This document shows positions 13,200 to 26,324 of a DNA stretch of 64,000 bases, in pieces. The translations under genes were made by a program, and so were the position numbers. The stretch covers positions 38,068,001 to 38,132,000 of the forward strand of contig NC_042998.1 in the NCBI RefSeq assembly GCF_006345805.1, read 5' to 3'. Origin of the DNA: Octopus sinensis. Lineage: Eukaryota. The notes below the pieces were generated by a model that saw only the letters and a list, made by a program, of their open reading frames with translations, did no database searches and was not told the DNA's origin. The stretch's first letter is position 1. Each line of letters starts with the position of its first letter.

Positions 13200-13500
13200 A
13201 GTTTTCCTTATTTGTAAATAATGTAAATAATGTAGAGATATTCTTCATCTCTAAAATATAGAAGTGTAAGCGGAGTCTTGTTTTGAAACCGAGATTTGTA
13301 AATCTCTTTCTTTGCTTGGATTGCATCTTGAAATTCCTGATTGAACCAAAGGATTCCTTTACCTCCTGCCGCCACAGCTAACCACTTTAGTCCACAGTAT
13401 TGTACAACCATCAGTATTGTAAACTATCTGCCAGACAAAAGAATCTCCACTCCGTTTTAACATACTTTGCTCATGATGGTTACAGAATTCGGATGCAATA
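13200..13500 (-). mobile_element. RTE LINE internal remnant (EN-RT linker)
   Basis: Peptide CGLKWLAVAAGGKGILWFNQEFQDAIQAKKEIYK matches the RTE linker motif CG..G...WWN.EV..A...KK. Confidence 0.6.
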
Positions 13501-14205
13501 GTGCCTGCATATTTGTTTCTGACCCCACCGTCTACCAGACCCCCCTTCCCCCCACACACAGTGTGTTTGTGTATGTGTGTGTCTGTGTGTGCGTGCGTGC
13601 GCATGCGTGTGCGTGCCCGCGTCTATTTTCCTAACCCCTTCTCTACACGAATGAATCTCTTACTCTTCCTATATCGTGTTTTCATATTTACTAAGGAAAT
13701 ATTAATTAGGAAAGGAAAGATTTATGTTGTTTGCAACGTCATAATTTGGATGAAAAACCAATGGACGAACGAAATGAAGCTGCAGACCAAATTTGGCCTG
13801 CAAGCGGTGATTTGTGAGACACCCTTATGGGTACTGAAAAGTGCAAAGGACATCAATAATGATATTTCGTTCATAAAAAACCTTTTTCTAGTTTAACATA
13901 ATCGTAGAGGCTGTCACGCTTAAGTGAAAGTGAATTCAGCAATGGATTGACTAAACATTTCAAAATTAAGAATTAAAGCCAAGACATTTCCACAGAGATG
14001 ATACGATCTTGAACCGATGACCCTTCAAATAGTACAGCATTATTCAATATAATAATAGTTATCTGATTCTCGTAGAAATAACAGATGTTCTACTAAATGA
14101 AAGCGAAATGCCATGGCTTCACAATTAATATTTTGTAGTCATATAAATGCTACACTTCTTCAAAAATTTTTGTGAATTTCATTCCGTTTTATTCTCTTTC
14201 TGCAG

Positions 14206-14236
14206 CGTGTATGTCAGAGCAATAAACTGCTTCCAG
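14206..14236 (+). CDS. Candidate 31-nt internal exon of host gene (RVCQSNKLLP in phase 0-1)
   Basis: Very strong polypyrimidine acceptor ttcattccgttttattctctttctgcag and CAG|gtaaag donor; phase compatible with the flanking candidates. Confidence 0.5.
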
Positions 14237-15044
14237 GTAAAGAAACTATTTTCGTATAGCAGGTGGTAAAATATTAATTTACTTATTATATTAAAGCAAA
14301 CCTAATTACACTTTTTTCTTTTTATTTGTATTCCTTGAAAGTGCTTATTTCAAGGAATATGTTTTTTCTTCAACGAGAGAAATTATATAGCAAGGGTTGG
14401 AAGTAAAGCGCTAAAAAATAAGCGGGGGCGAATGAGAGACATATTGACAAAAATTATTGCCGTTAATTCAAAGTTCGAAAATTGTATTGTGAATAAAAAA
14501 TACACAGGAAACATTAGATCACTTTCCTGTATAGAAAAAGCTTGCGATTACATAAAACATGTTACTTTCAAAAAATAAATAGAAAAAGAAAAGAGGAAAA
14601 ATGTACGAAGTTTCTGATGCGAAAACATACGCGGCAACATGATTTAGATTAAATGATGGATGCCATGCCAAAGCAGATAAACTACTCAGGAATTTTCGGC
14701 AGAGGCATCCAGGCTGCTTTGTGCTTATACTGCTCTGTGAAATATCTCAATGTTGTAATTCATATATTCACATAAAAGACTTGTTGCATGCATAGGAAGA
14801 AATATACGGTTATGTTTTCTATTAAACTTCGAACTTTGCAGTAACAGAGTCTTGCTTCGATTGTATCAGACACCATTCATTTTCAGACAAGAATAACGTA
14901 CAATTGAACTCACAATGTCTGAGTGTCTTCTCCTATACAATATTTGCTCAATCATGTTTCTTTCACTTAATGTGTTGACTAACAGATAATTTGCTACAGC
15001 CTTACCACAAATAATTAATATACCAGTAGTAGAGGCAGACGTAG

Positions 15045-15190
15045 TACGGCTCAATGCTAAGGATGTTTGCTGCACAAGCACCGAGTCACAAGTTCTATGC
15101 TATTCCGGCGCACATTAAGGCAATATCATTTTATTTCTTCCCGGATTAAGCCTTACCCTGCAGGCGAATTACGGTAAGCGAAAATAATAC
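15045..15190 (+). mobile_element. Degenerate family B-like SINE head
   Basis: ggctcaatgctaagg...cacaagttc...ttcccgg...aagcctt...cggtaagcgaaa aligns loosely to the family B SINE at 25281. Confidence 0.4.
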
Positions 15191-16232
15191 AGAATCGTAG
15201 AGAATGGATTATACCTGCAATTCCAAATTTACAGCCTGGATTCATATTTTACGACCGTATTTCAGAGTCCAAAGCTTGTGGATTTTTCAAACATTTTATG
15301 CATTAGCAAGAACTGTTAATCGTTGAACGATGATCGTCAGAATCATCAAATACAAAATCGTTTTCGGAAAGTGTCGATTTACCTGATTCTGATGTGTCAA
15401 ACCAACGCAGTTGTCCAATCTATTTGGCTACATTTTGCCATTTCTGATATATTACGGGCCTGTCTTGTGACACGTAAAGCAAGATTTTATAATTCAGCGC
15501 TGTAAACTACAGGAGTGAATGAAAACTAAACAATTCTTGTTTACATATTTATTTCTTTATTTCATATCAGTATTTGTGAAAATTTGGTGTCACAGAATTA
15601 GTCACGGACTCTTTGTAGTTTTGGTGTTGAACTTCGATGTCTATCATGTTTTCTTCAGTGTTTGCATCCGTCAGCACCATCATGAAGTGAAAAAATATTA
15701 CTCGTATATTATGTGTGCACGCGCGTGCGAACATATGTGGCTGCGCGTATCTAATGATTATTTCTAACATTTATATAAATTTTACTGAAATTTGACAGGA
15801 GTACATTATTAGGAGTCATTAAATGTGCGGTGTTTTTAAAAACAGAATCATTAACGGAAACCGAGGCTGTTGACTTTACTTCCAGCATTTACGTCTTTCA
15901 GTTGTTCCTATTCCTGTTGTTAGGTCCGGAAGTATTTTGTTCCCGGACCTAACAAACAATCTCTATGATCCTACAACAGCATTAATTTCATTGAAATACT
16001 GACATCGCTTTAGCAAAAACAACTGGATTTCTAACGAAGACTGCACTCTGTACAAGGCAGAACGTTGTGTTGTAAAACAAAAATACGTTAGAAATTCATA
16101 AGATCGTTAAAGAAAAAATTAATTGGATTCTCTACTTGTTAAATGATTAGAGTATATTAGGAGACCAGTCAGTGACCATTTGGGCTGTTGTACGCTCGAG
16201 AAACACTGAGACATTGAGAAAACAAGAACAAT

Positions 16233-16393
16233 AGGCGCAGGAGTCAAGAAGTTTGCTTCTGAACCACATATTTCTGAGTTCAGTTCCACTGCGTAGCATC
16301 TTAGGTAAATGTCTTCTATTGTTCTATCGTAGCTTCGAATTAATGAAACCCTTGTGAGTGAAATTAGCTGACAGAAACCGATAGAAACCCGTC

Positions 16394-16438
<45 letters not shown>

Positions 16439-16815
16439 AATAAATTACACTACATATTTGGGGGACTCCGATAAAGCTCTAAGGTGTTACTGAGGCACTC
16501 AACTACGAGTCCCAATACAGTTCATAGCAGAAACAGCTGCAAGCTAATGAAGTTCATAAGAAAATCGTTTAGTCCTTTCTCATTTTCTTATGTATATTAT
16601 GTGTGTGTATGTGTATGTGTGTGTTTTTTTGTGTGTGAGTGTGTGTGTTTCTGTGTATGTGTATGTGTGTTTTTGTGACAGTGCTTGTCCACCACCACCG
16701 CTTGACAACCAGTGTTCTTATGTTTACGTTTCCGTAACATAACGGTTCTGCAAAAGATAGAACAAGAATTAGGCTTTAAAAAAATTACTGGGCGTGGGGG
16801 GTCGATAAAAAGTAA
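16233..16815 (+). mobile_element. Family B SINE split by an insertion in its internal (TA)/(GT) tract
   Basis: 5' half (ggcgcaggagtc...gaaacccgtcg) at 16233-16395 and 3' half (caccaccgcttgacaacc...gtcgat) at ~16620-16815 both match the intact copy at 25281-25690. Confidence 0.7.
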
Positions 16816-17039
16816 AAGATGAAGCGGTTGATACTATTTCTCGGCAACGAAGCAAAGTCATAGGTGAATTTAGTAAGGCTTACCATTGGATTTTCTATAG
16901 AAACTGTGTTAATATAGTTTCATATAAGTTATTTCGGTGTACACAGGAGCGCCAGTGAAATGAATACAAAGGACTAACAAGTGAAGGACCGAGAGTATCC
17001 TAAAATGAGAGGCAGTTGGATGGAACTTACACTCGCCTC

Positions 17040-17372
17040 CTTATGAGAGCTCAAAATATCTCTTGGAAGCGTCATCCAACCAAAGTACAAATACATGGGA
17101 AATTACAACCAAAGTACAAATATATGGGAAATTACCACCTGTATCATCTCTTGTAAAAGGTAGAAGAGTCCAGTTTGCTGGACATTGTTCTCCTCTGGAA
17201 GCCATCTGCTCGCGATACCAGAGGGTGCACACTCTCCTACCCTGATGTAATCTCATGTATACATGCATCCAGCAACAGGACCTCCGTAATGCTATGATGG
17301 ACCGTGAGGTCTGGCGTAACATAGTAAATTCCATTCTCTCGACCACGGTCGAACAATGATGATGATGAAGTT
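17040..17372 (+). mobile_element. RTE LINE 3' end with (GAT)n tail
   Basis: Peptide IYGKLPPVSSLVKGRRVQFAGHC; 3' end ctcgaccacggtcgaacaa followed by tgatgatgatga; internal ~29-bp tandem duplication at ~17078-17137. Confidence 0.75.
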
Positions 17373-18559
17373 TTTTATACCACGTGATATTCACGATTTC
17401 TACAGACGATATTTTATTTTAATTTGAAATACTAAGTTGCACCTGAAACCAGTTTCAGCTTTCTCGGTTTAAAGTATTCTCCCGCCTATTAGTACCCCTC
17501 CTCCCACCATCTGTTCTAAAGACCATTTTATATCAGTCACTAAAAGCACTAATGATACTCGAGTCGGGTAATAATATCAGAAGTCTTTCCTTCTCTCTTA
17601 CTTCTCCCTCTCTCTTCTCTCTCCAGCCGTTCTCTGTCTCTCCCTCTCTATTGCGCTCTCTGATTGGTTTATTATGTATCTCCCTACCAAGAAAAGGATA
17701 ATTAACTTGTAGGTTCTTGACGGATTATGGTCCGATAAATAGAATGAAAGTTGAATAAACGATTGGATGGAGAGAAAAGCATGGCAGAGATGAATGAAAG
17801 TTTCGGAGGAATGATTAGTAGAAACGAACAAAAATACTTACATATGGAAGGAATAAAGGTTGCTTATTATATACAATGATCTTGATCGTTGCATGAACGT
17901 ATAATTTGCTTGACAGATTAGTGAGCATACGTATTAGTGATATCGGATTTCTGCAAAGGTCACAAGAGATTACTATGACGAAAAAAGTAATGTCATTCTC
18001 AAACAACGCAAATCAGATCAAGAGTTTGATTTGCTTGTATTATATTTTTTTTTTGTGTGTGTGTTTACTTTCTGTTGGAGAATTATATTTAATATTTGCT
18101 GGTCAACATTAACTGGAAAATTGCCTCTGGTGGTTTACAATAATTCCGATCATACAGCACACAGTTTTCTCTTTCATATGCTGATTTTTAGTTGTCGTTT
18201 TCGTTTGCTGTTTGTAAAAATGTCAAGTCCCGTTAGGTTGTTATACTGTATATGTTCCTTTTGTTTTATTTGAGAAACATATATTAGTTATAATCGTCAT
18301 GGTTACTCTTGCTAGAAATCTCGTATACGCACAGATTTCATCCGGTAACCTGCCAATTTGTACACAATATATCTGCCCACACAAATGTCTAAGAATACTT
18401 CTGTATAATTTCAAAAGCTCGTACAAATAACAAAATATCGATTCATTGTGACTCACGCAGGTAGACAAAAATATGCCAAACTAAGCGTAAAAGTAGTGAT
18501 TTAGTCTCCGCATGTATATTCATACAGATATAGACAAGCACGCAGATACACACACGCAA

Positions 18560-18610
18560 AACACACACACACATATACGCACAAATGCACACACACATGC
18601 ACAAATACAC

Positions 18611-18656
<46 letters not shown>

Positions 18657-18662
18657 AAATAA

Positions 18663-18717
<55 letters not shown>

Positions 18718-18840
18718 TAGATAGATAGATAGATAGATAGATAGAGATATATACATATGCATATATATGTATGTGGGTATATACGTATGTGTGTACATAT
18801 ATATATATATGTATGTATGTATGTATATATATATATACAT
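18560..18840. repeat. Compound (CA)/(TA)/(GA)/(GATA) microsatellite
   Basis: Direct tandem repeats. Confidence 0.93.
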
Positions 18841-19460
18841 GGGAAATACGTATAAAGAAATGTTGGTATTAAATGAGCGTGCGAGATAGAGAGAGAAGGG
18901 TGAATAATAAGCAGTAATAAAATCATCAAGTATCGTTATAATAAATATTTCAGAATACTTAAATGATTTAAAGTTTGTATGTGTGTACATGGATGTGTGT
19001 GTGTGTGCATGTACATACACACACTTACAGATGTGTATATTCATATTTCTGTACCTTTTCAAGATTGTAAGTATGGATACTATTTCATTTATTACAAGAA
19101 ATTTATACAATCAATATTTTATAAAGTCATCTAAACAAGTTAATTGCTATTTTAATAACCGTAATGCAATGAGAATATGAAACCGAAAAAATAGCATTCC
19201 ACCCTCTATAATTAGTGCTTCCATTCGCCACTTCTGCTTAAATTAGAAGTTCTATCAGTGCAGAGGCAATTTGTGTATATGCATTTCCAATTAACTCATT
19301 TATGATCACATAATATTCTACACTTGTATTGGTTTAGTGAATATTAATTACTCGCATACCTACATCGATATTAATCATTCCGCTTAGATCTTTCAACATG
19401 TATTTGAATTACTGTAAACTAATTTATATGATTTATATGTGTGTGCGTGTGTGTGTGTGT

Positions 19461-19525
<65 letters not shown>

Positions 19526-20687
19526 CGTGTGTGTGCTTCTGAACGGCTGAAGAAAATGCGATTAATGATACTCTGGCTGATTTCTTGAACATGCTATCAA
19601 CGTATCGTAAGGGAGAGTTATGCTCGATTGAACTAAAACAACTTATCGCTATTACGCTTATCAAACGTGGGTAAATAAAACCAAGTCCAAGATTGTCGTT
19701 CATCGTAGGTGTACATAATTTAATTCTATAAGACATAGAAATAAATTATAGAAAATTTAATTATAATACAAAGAAATAAAATGAAATTAAGAAAGCTATT
19801 ACAGTGACCCTGGTGTATAATGTTCATTTTGTTTTCGATTCAGATCATAAGGGAAAAGCTCGATAGTTCGATTTAAACTCCAAACGGACTTAAAGAGACA
19901 ACAAAATACTGCTCCGAAATTTTTATAATTCAACCACCCTCGTTCCAGAGGTGTCATATAAAAGTATTCAAAAGAACGTAAAATATAATTCACGAAAATA
20001 TGTGATTTAGATTTAATTTGTCTCCTTTTATTCTTACAAAATATTTTAAAGTTTTTCTCTTACTTGAAGGATACTTACACTTTAAACACATTTATATATA
20101 TCAGATAGGTTTTTACATACAATATATTACGATATCATAATATATATTACAGTAATTATGCGAAAAATTCGTACAAACGAAGAATTTAATACATCTGTTG
20201 CAGACGTATTTCGTTAGGGCGTTTGCTTCACAACCGCGGAGTTTTCTGCGCAATCCTACTGCAAGAAATCTCAGTTTCCCTTTTCTAGAGATTCTGATCC
20301 CTTGAAGCATTAACGCTTAGTTAGAGCACTTGATAACGGAAGCAGTACGGGAGCTTGTTGTGTGATTGTGCATTCATATTTGATTTTGTTTTTCACCCTT
20401 AATAACCAGCATTGCTTCTCTTATGCCTATAGAATTAGTGGTTTGATATGCAGAAACCAAAAGCAAACGATTAAGCCGCGTATAACTCATAAACTACCTC
20501 AGCATGACAGCTGTTCGATGATTGAAACACATAAACGAATAAAATGGCACATTCCGATTATAATCCAAGAACGTTTGAACTAAAAGTAAAACCATGAGTA
20601 CACTGCAACACAATTCACGCTTGCATGCTGTGCCACAATAAAGTTATACATATATACGCTACTCTACATTTAACATTATATTTACAG

Positions 20688-20795
20688 AATTTACATCATT
20701 GGCAAGTGTCGAAGTAATGCATGGATATCTAAGGTATTACCAACCAAAAGTCAAGTTCGACAGCAGTGGGCCAGAGGATGGTTTAAAACCGGAAG
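20688..20795 (+). CDS. Candidate 108-nt symmetric exon of host gene (FTSLASVEVMHGYLRYYQPKVKFDSSGPEDGLKPE in phase 1-1)
   Basis: Branch-like tttaac, tttacag acceptor, AAG|gtatgg donor, elevated GC, open frame. An alternative frame (IYIIGKCRSNAWISKVLPTKSQVRQQWARGWFKTG) is also open. Confidence 0.5.
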
Positions 20796-22479
20796 GTATG
20801 GTACACTTCCTTGATCAAAAACAATTAAAAAAAACTGATGTGAATGATGAGAAGGTAAATTATTTCATGAAATCAGTAAACGGCATAATTTCACATTTTC
20901 CTTTACAGCATTATGTACCGCAAAAATATTATACATGATGGAAAGGGAACTTATTTTAAACTTGAAGAACAAATATAACATTTTACTCCGACCCATTCAT
21001 TTTGGCGTGTTTTGTTAACTCCAATTATCTAACAGTTTTTAACTGTTTGCCAGATTTCATAATCAGAAAAATACAATTAAATTTCATTCATTAATTTTAT
21101 TTTTCGTTAATCGGAAGTTGATTAGAATTAAGGGATTTACATCTAGCATATTTATGGATGTACAAATGTTTTCCGTTTGCATCTGAACTGTGCAAATTAT
21201 ATTTTGTTTGCATCTGTAATGATATTTTCTTCCTTAATTAATTAAAACTGAAATAACAGCATTAAAATTTTTTAGAATGTGAAACAGTTAGTGCTTTCGA
21301 ATGCAAAGAAAATGTTTTGATAGTCTTCGAATGTTAACAAAATATATTTATATACAAAAAGACAAAACCTGCAACTGCGATCCAATGGCGGGTATAAAAA
21401 ATTAAATCATAAAATTTGCAGTTTGTGAATCTTTTTTATGTGGAAAGCATAAAAGCACGTTAAGATGTTATAAAAATGGCGAAATAAATATTTAGATGGA
21501 TGTAAAACAGTTCCACAGTATAAAGAATAAATATTCACGGACAATATTCGCTCATTATATGACCAAATTCACAATATTAATAGTTAAAGAGGCCTATCGA
21601 GATTAAGCATGTTTGCGTAATAATGAATACAATTCAAAGAATTATCATTTTGTTTTGGAAACCATGCACCCAAATATAAACAAATGTATTTGAGTTGCAA
21701 AAAGACGCAGGTGCACTGAGCAAAATATGAATTGCACTTAAGACGAAGCTTTGGAATCAGGTTGTACAACTTTCCTATTGTTATTCGCTGTTAATGGAGA
21801 TCCTCCAGAAAACCTACATCCTTGCATATTTCAGAAATATGTCACGAAGAAGGTTTTCATATTTACCTTGGAACAATGATAAAAAAAAAACATGAACGAC
21901 GATTCATTCTACGAAATAACGTTACGATGTGACTTCTACTCTTCTTTTCTCGAGTATAGAAGTGGCTTTGGAGCAATTTACGGCTTAGGAAATTTTTTCC
22001 GTCATATTTAGTCGATATTTATCTGGATTTTGAAAGATATCACTTATAGCTGGTTAGAATCAAACAATTTCAACAATGAGTTGAATAACACAATGAACTT
22101 GCGGTGACAGAAAATCAGGGTTTATTGCATTATTTCTAAGTTATATAAATTCCATTTTTCTTTGCGGTAGCTCCAATATGTTTTCTCACGATGTTGACTT
22201 CGAACTTACATGTAGGTATAATTAAATAAATGTTTTTCGCTTGGGCGTGACTTGATGCAGGGTTGACTGCTAATTTTGCGGCTGTGATCAAACGATCACA
22301 TTGAATGTCCCCGTTAAATCTTTCAGCAGGAAGTATATTTATAGATGAACGAAACAGTATCATTTCAATAATTAAACTCCGAGTTGTATGATTATTTAGA
22401 GAATGTAATTCAGAGTGTCCGCTGAAAGGAGACGATACAAAAGAAAAATTTGTTTGTTATGATAAAGAATATTAATTGG

Positions 22480-23094
22480 TCTGGTCTTGTCAACAGAGAG
22501 AGTCAACTGTTGTATTACATAGATTTGACCATTCAAAGTTTGCACTCGTTATTAAGACGGTGTAAATTATTTTACGAATATTTCTGTCGATTTTCTGGGG
22601 TTGCAATGCTGAATAGTTGGTAGATGGATGGAATAGAACATTTGTTATTTTTACAGTTTCAGATACAAACTGAGAAAATGTCAAAGTGTAAATAAAGACA
22701 GAATAAAATCAACAGATATTTTCTGATATGAAAAAGATCATCAGAACCGTGAAGATGCATGTTACCAAAAATGGAATTAAACATCTACCGTTGAGTGAAT
22801 ATAAATTAGATTACAATACGGTGTTATTTCTTAGTTCAGTTCAGATAATATTGGGTCATCCCATAAAGTTTGACCACGGATTACCGAGATACGTGGGGGT
22901 ATTTTCAGGTATCTTTATAAATAGCTAAACCAGTGTGTAATGGGGAAAATGCTTTGAAAGTAAGGTATCATTGAAATGTGAATACAAACAGAATAACACA
23001 AGTTTCGTATAAATCGGACCACGAATTGGCGAGATTCGTGGGGTTTTGGGGTGCCTTGCACTATTGGTGACCCAACGGGTTACGGGTAGTCTAA
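22480..23094 (+). mobile_element. Possible non-autonomous Helitron-like element (3' end supported, 5' end uncertain)
   Basis: GC-rich hairpin gtgaccc-aac-gggttac (23067-23083) followed by CTAA then T; internal aagttt..aaatcggacc-type motifs. Confidence 0.3.
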
Positions 23095-23835
23095 TACTTA
23101 ACTAAATATTACGTAGCATATAGAATTCGTTTACAATTGATATTAGGGATACTAGAAAACATCGTACTTATACATCTTATATTTACTAGCATAATTTGAT
23201 GTTTCATAAGGACTTTTCAATACTATGCAAAGGAATAAATAAAACTCTAACTTATCTGAAAATTTTATAGTTACTTAAATAATGTTTACAACCAATCCTG
23301 AATATCTGTTTTAATCTTAAATTTCGAATCGCCTATTTCCCTTCAGAAAAGAAATTTAAATACCATTGTGTTAGTAGGACATTATAATAAATCCGTCACG
23401 AATATATATTTAGAGTTTCTTTCAAACAATAAACTCCAATATTGCAAAGAATGTTGACGTTTACTTTCTTATTCTTTGTATGTAAGAAAAATACAGAGCA
23501 GATTACAGGGTAAACTTTTGAAATCTGTTTTCATTCAAAAGAAACTCTGAAATCTAAGATTGTTATGACTGTCAAACAAATAGATTTTTATGTAAAACGT
23601 GACTTTTTTTTACAGTAGAAAATTCAAGGTACGCACTTGATGCAAAGAAAATAACATTATTATTGCCTCTTTCGAAACTAGCCATTGATACAATTCATGA
23701 TTTTAATATGTTTACAGTTTATGCAAACGCATTGAAAGTCAAATAGTCAAACTTATTATTTTTATCAGAATAGCCTTATGATATAATATACATCATACAA
23801 GTTTTCTGGTGCTATTTTATTCATATATATATATA

Positions 23836-23871
<36 letters not shown>

Positions 23872-23996
23872 GGAATAACGTGTTTACATTCATATTCACC
23901 TACAGCAAAGCTTTGAAATATGAAAATTATTTTAGTTCGCCTGATTATATGCTGTGTTGTGCGTTAAAAAGGTGCATGCTTATATTTGTGTGTGTG

Positions 23997-24034
<38 letters not shown>

Positions 24035-24088
24035 TGTAGGTAAGTATGTATGTATGTGTGTGTGCGTGTGTGTGTGCTTATGAATTTG

Positions 24089-24410
24089 TGTTGCAAGATT
24101 CCTGATGGGAAACTGTGTTGAAACAATTATTTCGAAATGGTCATTTTTATTTTTATTTGCCAAATAATCACTATATATTCGTTCTTCACTCGTTTATTGC
24201 TGTTCTTAGTTTATCCATTGTCCGGAAATCTTTCGTCACACATCTGTGACCAGTTCAGCGACTCTTTCCGTCCATGTGTGTCTTCCTGCTCTGCTTAATC
24301 CATGGATAAAATAAGAGCAATAATAAACGCGTCAAGAATGAGATTTAGTGCATGCGTTTATCTGGCAAAACAAATGACCATCCTAAAGTATGACAATTTG
24401 TACATACACA
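24089..24410. mobile_element. Hairpin MITE copy 1 (right arm partly deleted) with shared leader
   Basis: Aligns to 30102-30536 (ttcttcactcgtttatt...cattgtccg..aatc...cacatctgtgacc). Confidence 0.7.
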
Positions 24411-24529
24411 CACATATATGTATCCATATATATACATTTATGTATGTGTGTGTATACATATGTGAGTATGTGTGTATGTATGTATGTATGTATGTATGTA
24501 TGTATGTATTTATGTATGTATGCATGTAT

Positions 24530-24735
24530 GTATGTGTGCCTGAGTTTCTCCCCCAACATCGCTTGACAACCGAAGCTGGTGTTTTTACGCCCTCGTAACT
24601 TAGTGGTTCGCCAAAAGAGAACGATAGAATAAGTACTAGGCTTACAAAGAATAAGTGCTGGGGTCGATTTGCTCGACTAAAGGCAGTGCTCTAGCAAGGC
24701 TACAGTCAAATGACTGAAACAAGTAAAAGAGTAAA
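24530..24735 (+). mobile_element. Family B SINE 3' half
   Basis: ccccaacatcgcttgacaacc...gactaaaggc...gtcaaatgactgaaacaagtaaaagag matches 25500-25690. Confidence 0.85.
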
Positions 24736-24740
24736 GTGTG

Positions 24741-24882
<142 letters not shown>

Positions 24883-25280
24883 TAAAACAAGAACGAAAAT
24901 TCTACTTTCTTACAATTGGGTACATATTATTTTCCCTTCTACGTATTTCGGTTTTTGAAAAACCTCATCAAAAATATGTACTAATATGGAATATGTAATG
25001 AGAAAAGAACTATTTAAAAAAATTAAATTAAGATTAAGATTAACATTTATAGTTTACTTTCATTTTTCCTGCAAGAACACGTGATAATATACTTTGGTTC
25101 TGGTAGAATGACAAGTTCAATTGACTATGACCGCAAATTACTACTATCTTTGTAAATTGAATAGTGTGGTCAAGACTTGTTTTCTTAAGAGTGGCGTGTA
25201 GCCACCCAATAACTAGCAGCAATAATGATAATATATGTGTTGAATTTATTCCCCCTGTGGTTTTAATATATATATATATA

Positions 25281-25690
25281 GGCGCAGGAGTGGCTGTGTG
25301 GTAAGTAGCTTGCTAACCAACCACATGGTTCTGTGTTCAGTCCCACTGCGTGGCATCTTGGGCAAGTGTCTTCTGCTATAGCCCCGGGCCGACCAATGCC
25401 TTGTGAGTGGATTTGGTAGACGGAAACTGAAAGAAGCCTGTCGTATATATGTATATGTATATGTGTATGTGTGTGTGTGTGTTTGTGTGTCTGTGTTTGT
25501 CCGCCTAGCATTGCTTGATAACCGATGCTGGTGTGTTTACGTCCCCGTCACCTAGCGGTTCGGCAAAAAGAGATCGATAGAATAAGTACTGGGCTTACAA
25601 AAAGAATAAGTCCCGGGGTCGAGTTTCTCGACTAAAGGCGGTGCTCCAGCATGGCCGCAGTCAAATGACTGAAACAAGTAAAAGAGAAAA
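25281..25690 (+). mobile_element. Full-length tRNA-derived SINE, family B
   Basis: tRNA-like head ggcgcaggagtggctgtgtggtaag...gttcagtccc, core tgggcaagtgtcttc, internal (TA)/(GT) tract, CR1-like tail gcggtgctccagcatggcc...ctgaaacaagtaaaagag. Confidence 0.92.
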
Positions 25691-26182
25691 AAAGAGTATA
25701 TATATATATATATATATATATAAAGGTAATGAGTAAACAAATAGGCAGTTATTGTGATGTCGGCATTACTTAATAAATATTCAGTGTAAATACTGCTGCT
25801 CTTTATATTGTGTTTCTTTCTTTCAGAGAGAAATTTATATTTTTGCAAGTCAGCTTATTTCTCTCATCGACCAGAAACGCGTAGCAGCAGCATGTCTATT
25901 TTGGAATTTATTACTATTGTTTTTTGCTTTGATTTGGCATTAAGATAGCGGGAACTGATTCTTTGGTCCCATAAATTTGACAAACAAACGATTACAAGAA
26001 GTCCAAACTGTAGAACATAGGGACATTTTCTCTTTTGCCAGAATGATAGTTCTAGATGAAAGGTTCAATTGTCTACAATCTAAAATTGCACTTTTAACTG
26101 CAAGAAAGTTTTCAATAATGGAATGTGGTATGCATTATATTTATTATCAAAATTCAAAATATCATGAAAATTTATATACAAA

Positions 26183-26229
<47 letters not shown>

Positions 26230-26282
26230 ATATATATATATATATATCAAAATAAGCAACAAGAATGATTTTATATATATAT

Positions 26283-26324
<42 letters not shown>

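Noticed and set aside
22136-22363. Helitron helicase-like peptide
   Set aside because: Only vague resemblance, with no complete motif.
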